Source of the DNA: Methanococcus maripaludis | GTDB taxonomy: Archaea; AGJL01; Methanococci; Methanococcales; Methanococcaceae | Reading direction: 5' to 3' | Assembly: GCF_002945325.1 (NCBI RefSeq) | Contig: NZ_CP026606.1 | Location: 1,410,001 to 1,442,000 of the forward strand | DNA: 32,000 nt | Shown here: positions 26,429 to 32,000 of the stretch, one piece after another | Layout: each line of letters begins with the position of its first letter | Numbering within the stretch: position 1 is the first letter of the stretch | Program-made: the position numbers and the translations under genes | The notes under the pieces: model-generated | What the model saw: the letters and a program-made list of their open reading frames with translations, nothing else | Database searches by the model: none | Told to the model about the DNA's origin: nothing

Positions 26429-27685
26429 ATGGATATCGGTGATTTTGTAAAACTCGAACTGGAAAACACGACGTATTCTGGAACAGTAATGCCTTCTTTA
26501 AGCGAAGATACTGTTGTAATCAAAATGAAAAGCGGATACAACGTTGGACTCGATAAGAAAAAAATAAAAAATATTGAAATTTTGGAATCAGGAGATAAGC
26601 CAAAATACGGCCTTCCGCCTCTAAATTTAGAAAAAAACCCAAAATTAAAAAATATCTCTATTTTATCAACTGGTGGGACAGTTGCTTCAAGAGTGGACTA
26701 TAAAACAGGAGCAGTTCACCCAGCATTTACCGCAGATGATTTAATTCGGGCAGTTCCTGAATTAATGGATGTTGCAAACATTAAAGGAAAAGTTATTTTG
26801 AATATTTTAAGTGAAAACATGCTTCCAAAGTACTGGGCGATGACTGCAGAAGCGATAAAAGAAGAAATTGAAAACGGGGCTGAGGGAATTGTTATTGCAC
26901 ACGGAACCGACACTATGCACTACACCGCATCAGCACTTTCATTCATGGTAAATTCTGAAGTTCCAATTATTTTAGTTGGTGCTCAAAGAAGTAGTGATAG
27001 GCCTTCTTCAGATGCAGCATTAAACATAATTTCAGCAGTAAAAGCTGCAACTGAACCGATAAAAGGAGTTTATGTACTTATGCACGGTGAAACTGGGGAT
27101 ACAGTATGTCATTTACACGAAGGCACAAAGGTTAGAAAACTTCACTCTTCAAGAAGAGATGCATTTAAATCAGTAAATGAAACTCCAATAGCTGAAATTA
27201 ACCCATTTACAAAAAAAGTAACATATTTAAGGGATGTAAAAAGTCAGGACAAGTCAAAAATCAAAGAAATAGTGTTAAACACAAATTTGGAAGAAAAAGT
27301 TGCTTTAATTAAAGTTTATCCCGGAATTGATTCTGAAATTTTGAAATTTTACGTTGATAAAGGATACAAAGGAATTATTTTGGAAGGAACTGGTCTTGGA
27401 CACACTCCTGAAACCTTTTTTGAAGGAATCGATTACGCAAATGAAAACAATGTTTTAGTTGCAATGACTACACAGACGATCAACGGTCGAGTAAACATGA
27501 ATGTTTATTCAAATGGGCGAGAACTTCAAGCAAAAGGCGTAATTCCTTGTGAAGACATGCTTTCAGAAGTTGCATTTGTTAAATTAATGCATTTGCTTGG
27601 AAATTATGAATTTAAGGAAGCAAAAGAATTAATGTCTAAAAACATTGCCGGAGAAATTAACGAATCTATTAATCTGGAGTGTTAA
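26429..27685 (+). CDS. gatD: Glutamyl-tRNA(Gln) amidotransferase subunit D
   Basis: 418 aa. The N-terminal GatD-specific domain ([20 protein letters not shown]) is followed by an asparaginase fold with STGGTVAS and HGTDTM. It lies immediately upstream of gatE. Confidence 0.9.
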   Translation: MDIGDFVKLELENTTYSGTVMPSLSEDTVVIKMKSGYNVGLDKKKIKNIEILESGDKPKYGLPPLNLEKNPKLKNISILSTGGTVASRVDYKTGAVHPAFTADDLIRAVPELMDVANIKGKVILNILSENMLPKYWAMTAEAIKEEIENGAEGIVIAHGTDTMHYTASALSFMVNSEVPIILVGAQRSSDRPSSDAALNIISAVKAATEPIKGVYVLMHGETGDTVCHLHEGTKVRKLHSSRRDAFKSVNETPIAEINPFTKKVTYLRDVKSQDKSKIKEIVLNTNLEEKVALIKVYPGIDSEILKFYVDKGYKGIILEGTGLGHTPETFFEGIDYANENNVLVAMTTQTINGRVNMNVYSNGRELQAKGVIPCEDMLSEVAFVKLMHLLGNYEFKEAKELMSKNIAGEINESINLEC

Positions 27686-27733
27686 TTGTTTAAATGGATT
27701 TATTCAGTATTTACTTTGATTTTTGGTGATAAT

Positions 27734-29629
27734 ATGGATTATGATTACGAAAAACTTGGATTGAAAGTTGGACTTGAGATACACCAGCAGTTAAACACTA
27801 AAAGAAAACTTTTCTGTAACTGCCCAACAAAAATAAGGGATGACGAACCTCACGGGGAAATTGAAAGGGTTTTAAGACCTTCTCAGAGTGAAATGGGTCA
27901 CGTTGATAAGGCGGCGCTTCTCGAATCAAAAAAGGAAAAGAAGTTTATCTACCAATATTACAACGATACGACGTGTTTGGTGGAACTTGACGATGAACCG
28001 CCTCACGACGTTGCTCCTGAAGCAGTGGACACTGCATTAGAAGTTTCAACATTGATGAACATGAAAATGGCTGATGAAGTTCAGATCATGCGAAAAATGG
28101 TTATTGATGGTTCAAACACGTCAGGATTTCAAAGAACAATGTTTGTATCCCAAGAAGGATTCATCGAAACAGAATATGGAAATATTGGGGTTACAAGCCT
28201 CTGTTTAGAAGAAGATGCGTGTAAAAAGATTGAAGATGGAAAAGACTACACGAAATACTGTGTTGATAGGCTTGGAATCCCTCTTTTGGAAATTACAACT
28301 GAACCCGATATCACATCTCCAAAAATGGGTAAAGAAGCTGCAAGAAGAATTGGAACCATTTTAAGGGCTACTGGGAAAGTTAAAAGGGGCCTTGGTACAA
28401 TTCGACAGGATGTAAACATTTCAATTAGGGATGGTGCAAGAATTGAGGTTAAGGGGGTTCAAAACCTTGATTTAATTGAAAAAATCATCGAAAACGAAGT
28501 TACAAGACAGATCAGTTTAAACGAAATTAAAGAAGAACTTTTGAAAAGAAATGCAGAAGTTGTCGATGAAATCAAAGACATCACCGAATTTTTAAAAGAT
28601 ACGGAATCAAAAGTTTTGAAAAATGCACTTAAAAATAAAGGTGTAATTAGAGCAATATTATTGAAAGGATTTTCAGGAATGATTGGAAGAGAAGTTCAGC
28701 CGGGAAGACGACTTGGAACAGAATTTTCAGACCGTGGAAAGGTACTTGGTGGAGTTGGAGGATTATTCCACACCGATGAACTTCCAAAATACGGAATTAC
28801 TGAAGAAGAAGTTATAAAATTAAAAGAATACATGAATTGCGGCGAAAATGATGCTGTAATTTTGGTTGCTGACAAGAAAAACAAGGTCGAAAGAGCACTT
28901 AACGCAGTAATCGAACGGGCAAAAGAATCAATGATCGGAATTCCTGAAGAAACGAGAAAAGCACTCGATGACGGAAATACATCATACTTAAGGCCACTTC
29001 CTGGAGCTGCAAGGATGTATCCCGAAACAGATGTTCCAACAATTACAATTACTGAAGAAAAGATCGAATTTGTTAGAAATAACCTTCCAGAAATGCCTGA
29101 AGAAAAACTTGTAAGATTTGTAAAAGAGTATGAATTAAACGAAGATCTTGCAAAACAGATGGTAATGTCTTACCATGTTGATTTGTTTGAAAGTCTCTCA
29201 AAAAAATATTCAAAAATCAAGCCTACGCTCATTGCAACGACCCTTGAAGCTACAATAAAAGAAATAAAAAGAGAAGGGCTTGACACTGAGTTATTGACTG
29301 AAGAACACCTTGATGAACTTTTCAAAGGGCTTTCAGAAGACAAAATGTCAAAAGAAGCAGTTCCTGAAGTTATAAAAGGATTTATTGAAAACCCTTCAAA
29401 AAAACTCGATGAAATTTTAGAAATTAAAGGAATGTCATCAATGTCTGTTGAAGAAGTAGGATCAATAATTGAAGATATAATCAATCAAAACATTTCCCAA
29501 GTAAACGAAAAAGGAATGGGTGCAATGGGTCTTTTGATGGGAAGATGTATGGCGCAGCTCAGGGGAAAAGCTGATGGAAAGTTAATAAACACAACGTTAC
29601 AGAAAAAACTCAAAGAAAAAGTTCAGTAA
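27734..29629 (+). CDS. gatE: Glutamyl-tRNA(Gln) amidotransferase subunit E
   Basis: MDYDYEKLGLKVGLEIHQQLNTKRKLFCNCPT is the conserved GatE/GatB opening. Also present are DGSNTSGFQRT, RQDVNISI and a C-terminal YqeY-like tail. I prefer ATG 27734 with GGTGA upstream over the track's 27686. Confidence 0.9.
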   Translation: MDYDYEKLGLKVGLEIHQQLNTKRKLFCNCPTKIRDDEPHGEIERVLRPSQSEMGHVDKAALLESKKEKKFIYQYYNDTTCLVELDDEPPHDVAPEAVDTALEVSTLMNMKMADEVQIMRKMVIDGSNTSGFQRTMFVSQEGFIETEYGNIGVTSLCLEEDACKKIEDGKDYTKYCVDRLGIPLLEITTEPDITSPKMGKEAARRIGTILRATGKVKRGLGTIRQDVNISIRDGARIEVKGVQNLDLIEKIIENEVTRQISLNEIKEELLKRNAEVVDEIKDITEFLKDTESKVLKNALKNKGVIRAILLKGFSGMIGREVQPGRRLGTEFSDRGKVLGGVGGLFHTDELPKYGITEEEVIKLKEYMNCGENDAVILVADKKNKVERALNAVIERAKESMIGIPEETRKALDDGNTSYLRPLPGAARMYPETDVPTITITEEKIEFVRNNLPEMPEEKLVRFVKEYELNEDLAKQMVMSYHVDLFESLSKKYSKIKPTLIATTLEATIKEIKREGLDTELLTEEHLDELFKGLSEDKMSKEAVPEVIKGFIENPSKKLDEILEIKGMSSMSVEEVGSIIEDIINQNISQVNEKGMGAMGLLMGRCMAQLRGKADGKLINTTLQKKLKEKVQ

Positions 29630-29707
29630 GTAAATTAAAATAATTATTAATTTTTTTTAAGTATTTTCAACTTTTAAATATTTTATATTAGTCGGAGGGC
29701 GGTATTT

Positions 29708-31201
29708 TTGGATAATTTAATGGGCTACGTTATAGGTGAAACCTCAAATACTGAGTTAAATTTTCTTGCAAAGCACATGCCTGAAATTGGAAGTTATGTT
29801 TCAATCAATTACTGTGATTTAGAAATTTTGGGAATGGTTGAGTCGGTTAATCAAGGATGCAAAATCTTTGAAGACGTATACAATGTAAAAGATTTTGAAA
29901 AATTAAAAGATTTTGAAAATAACGATTCTTACTACACGATTGGAAAAATAAAAATTTTGGGCGATGTAAAAAATATGCAGATCCCAAGAATTCCGCCAAA
30001 ACCTGGAACTGAAGTTTACAATGCATCTGAAAAGATTTTGGGAGAAATTTTTTCAAAAGGAACAATTGAAATTGGAAATTTAATTTCAGCAGATTCAAAA
30101 GTTAAACTCGATGTAAACAAGTTATGTTCGAGACACTTGGCAATACTTGCAATTACTGGAATGGGTAAGTCAAATACCGTTTCTGTTCTTTTGGAAGAAT
30201 TAAATAACATTCATGCAACCGTTTTAGTTTTTGATATGCACAGGGAATATGTTGAAATCGAAGCAAAGAGCAGTATAATTCGAAGAAATATCATAAAACC
30301 AAAAATAAACGTATACAACATGTCATATGACGCATTAATGTCTCTTGCAGGAGTTGACCCACAAGCTACAGTTCAAAGGGCAATGGGAAGGCGTGCAATG
30401 AAAAAAATCAAGGAATCCAAAAAGGAAGTTGATTTTAATACTGTTGATGAGTATATAAACTCGATTATCAATGAACTCAATTATTACATGGGTATGGATG
30501 AATTTAAGAGCAAAGTGGACAGTATTTTAACATTGATTATGCGATTTGAAGATTTGATGACTTTTAAAGATAAAATTACTGCGATAAATTACAATCCTAT
30601 TCAAGATATAAAAGAAAATTATGTGAATATTGTTGATATAAGCGAATTAGACGAAAGCAGTACCGATTTAATAATCTCTTACTTTACGGGGGAGATTTTA
30701 AAGGATAGAAAAAAAGTTTTATGGAATACAAAAGTTGCAAAACCAATATTTATAATATATGAGGAAGCACATCTTATTGTGCCACAAAACAGGCCCACAA
30801 AATCCAAGATTCCGATTTCAAAAATTGCAAGGGAGGGTCGTAAATTTGGTGTAGGAATTTGTCTTGTTTCACAAAGGCCAAAAACCCTTGACCAAGAGTC
30901 GCTATCCCAGTGCAACAACTTTATAATTTCAAAATTAATTGAGCCAAGCGATCAAAAACACGTCCAACACGCATCAGAAAATTTAAGCGAAGACTTATTA
31001 AATCAGCTTCCAGGCTTAAACGTTGGGGAAGCAGTAATAATTGGCCCTTGTTTGAAAATCCCTGCAATGGTAAAAATAAAAAGATTTGAAGGGGAATATG
31101 GTGGTGAAGACGTTAAATTTGATGAACTTTGGACTACTGAAAAAGAAAAGAATATTCCTGAATTTATAGAAAGTAATGAACTTTTTAATGACGATTTGTA
31201 G
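29708..31201 (+). CDS. HerA/FtsK-superfamily ATPase (DUF87, HerA-like with an N-terminal HAS-barrel-like domain)
   Basis: Walker A is LAITGMGKSNT. Walker B is IFIIYEEAH. An arginine-finger region EGRKFGVGICLVSQRP is present. The N-terminal roughly 120 aa are barrel-like (GYVIGETSNTELNF...GSYVSI...ILGMVESV). The start is TTG 29708 (GGAGGG 9 nt upstream) or ATG 29720. Confidence 0.8.
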   Translation: MDNLMGYVIGETSNTELNFLAKHMPEIGSYVSINYCDLEILGMVESVNQGCKIFEDVYNVKDFEKLKDFENNDSYYTIGKIKILGDVKNMQIPRIPPKPGTEVYNASEKILGEIFSKGTIEIGNLISADSKVKLDVNKLCSRHLAILAITGMGKSNTVSVLLEELNNIHATVLVFDMHREYVEIEAKSSIIRRNIIKPKINVYNMSYDALMSLAGVDPQATVQRAMGRRAMKKIKESKKEVDFNTVDEYINSIINELNYYMGMDEFKSKVDSILTLIMRFEDLMTFKDKITAINYNPIQDIKENYVNIVDISELDESSTDLIISYFTGEILKDRKKVLWNTKVAKPIFIIYEEAHLIVPQNRPTKSKIPISKIAREGRKFGVGICLVSQRPKTLDQESLSQCNNFIISKLIEPSDQKHVQHASENLSEDLLNQLPGLNVGEAVIIGPCLKIPAMVKIKRFEGEYGGEDVKFDELWTTEKEKNIPEFIESNELFNDDL

Positions 31202-31216
31202 AGTCAAGAGGCGTTT

Positions 31217-32000
31217 ATGAGCTTTGAAGTTACATTTGACGGAATGAGATACTCTTGCGTTAACTGCGCTTACTGTTGCAGTTGCAAAAATTGGAGAGTA
31301 TTTTTAAGTTATTTTGACATGATGAGACTAAAAGGCTATGAAAATTATATTGAAAAGTCAAATTCAAATTATGAACATGTTTTAGCCCTTAGAAATGGAA
31401 AGTGCGGCCTTATCGAGAATAATTTATGTAGAATACAGCTTGAAAAAAGCTATGATACGAAACCTGCAATGTGCAGGCTGTTTCCCTTCAGTTTCATGGT
31501 AAAATGGAATGGGGACTTACTTTTGATTTTAAAACACTACTGTAGTGGTGTTCAGGTAGGTAAATGCAGTAAAAAAACTATAAAACATGCAATAGAATGC
31601 TGTGAAGAATTATATCACGACCAACTTTCGGAATTTTCCTTAGACTTTGCTGAAAGAAGTGATAAAACTTCTTTAAATGAAAAAACAGAAATTTGTTGGG
31701 AAGAAAGGGCAGAACTTGGAAAATACTTCTTTAAAATTAAAAAATTTGATAGTTTTTCTGAAAAATATTCTGAAATATTTTCTGAAGATATATCTGACTC
31801 TATTGAAAAATTAAAATCAAAAAACAATGGTTTTGATGAAAAAACTCAAAAATTGCGTGAAAAAGAGACTTTACGCTATATGTATGAGTTGAATAAAAGA
31901 GAACATTTTAGAAAAATGTCTTTTAAAAAAGAACTGGATAATCTTATAAACGTTGGAATCATTATTGATGATTATAAAGATTTACTCAAAGGTGAAGGTG
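31217..32000 (+). CDS. CxxCxxCC cysteine-cluster protein (YkgJ/UPF0153-like putative Zn/Fe-binding domain) with a long Lys/Glu/Ser-rich C-terminal extension; 3' end beyond the window
   Basis: Not in the ORF track because it has no stop in the window. My hand translation from ATG 31217 is open to base 32000 (about 261 codons). It reads MSFEVTFDGMRYSCVNCAYCCSCKNW...GKCGLIENNLCRIQ...PAMCRLFPF...HYCSG. An AGAGG Shine-Dalgarno lies 5 nt upstream, and the start is 15 nt after the HerA-like stop. Confidence 0.75.
   Translation, partial: MSFEVTFDGMRYSCVNCAYCCSCKNWRVFLSYFDMMRLKGYENYIEKSNSNYEHVLALRNGKCGLIENNLCRIQLEKSYDTKPAMCRLFPFSFMVKWNGDLLLILKHYCSGVQVGKCSKKTIKHAIECCEELYHDQLSEFSLDFAERSDKTSLNEKTEICWEERAELGKYFFKIKKFDSFSEKYSEIFSEDISDSIEKLKSKNNGFDEKTQKLREKETLRYMYELNKREHFRKMSFKKELDNLINVGIIIDDYKDLLKGEG

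Noticed and set aside
31755-31800. Quasi-periodic TCTGAA repeats (TCTGAAaaatatTCTGAAatatttTCTGAAgatataTCTGAC), and the antisense ORF 31615-31827
   Set aside because: The repeats lie inside the open reading frame of the Cys-cluster protein and encode a Ser/Glu-rich low-complexity tail (SEKYSEIFSEDISDS). They are too short and irregular for a CRISPR array or a tandem-repeat element. The antisense ORF is a by-product.
1-32000. Looked for mobile elements, integrases next to the three tRNA genes, CRISPR repeats, toxin-antitoxin pairs, in-frame TGA (selenocysteine) recoding, and GC-content islands
   Set aside because: I recognised none of these. The genes flanking the tRNAs are housekeeping genes. 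I saw no repeat-spacer periodicity and no same-frame ORF pairs split by TGA. Composition appears uniform apart from the GC-rich tRNAs.

Overview
This is an AT-rich archaeal chromosomal segment that looks like Methanococcus, most similar to M. maripaludis. That assignment rests on gene content and on protein sequences I recognise from memory, not on any search. Coding density is high: I call 34 protein genes and 3 tRNAs.

Gene content in window order:
- A glycogen/starch cluster: GT1-fold glycosyltransferase, GH15 glucoamylase, GH57 amylase.
- EngB GTPase and ribosomal protein L10e (uL16).
- A co-directional minus-strand block of dnaG, a UPF0058-like gene and a UbiD-family decarboxylase.
- A tandem tRNA-Gly(GCC)/tRNA-Gly(UCC) pair behind a textbook Methanococcus box A/box B promoter.
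- A secreted DUF2334-like protein.
- A large Ski2-like helicase with an N-terminal Cys4 zinc ribbon (ASH-Ski2/Eta type).
- An orphan class III signal peptide (type IV pilin-like) protein.
- A UPF0200 P-loop protein, a GNAT acetyltransferase and a DUF486 membrane protein.
- tRNA-Arg(UCG), then crcB plus a DUF190 gene (fluoride export).
- A solitary thiol:fumarate reductase TfrA-like flavoprotein.
- An XRE-cupin regulator, a medium-chain acyl-CoA synthetase and a three-gene 2-oxoacid:ferredoxin oxidoreductase (delta, alpha, fused beta-gamma).
- A hexulose-6-phosphate synthase fused to an RraA-like domain.
- A DUF1786-like ASKHA ATPase and a YciI-like gene, divergent from a UPF0489-like gene.
- gatD and gatE.
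- A HerA/FtsK-type ATPase tightly followed by a CxxCxxCC cysteine-cluster protein that runs off the 3' edge and is absent from the ORF track.

I see no transposase, integrase, CRISPR array, recognisable defence system or compositional island. The window reads as conserved core genome.

The most interesting items are functional hypotheses about poorly characterised conserved genes:
- the HerA-like ATPase plus Cys-cluster pair;
- the DUF1786/YciI/UPF0489 trio;
- the HPS-RraA fusion;
- the regulator/acyl-CoA synthetase/VOR module.

None of these can be shown to be novel from the sequence alone.

Several ORF-track starts look too long. I re-called them from conserved N-termini and Shine-Dalgarno spacing.
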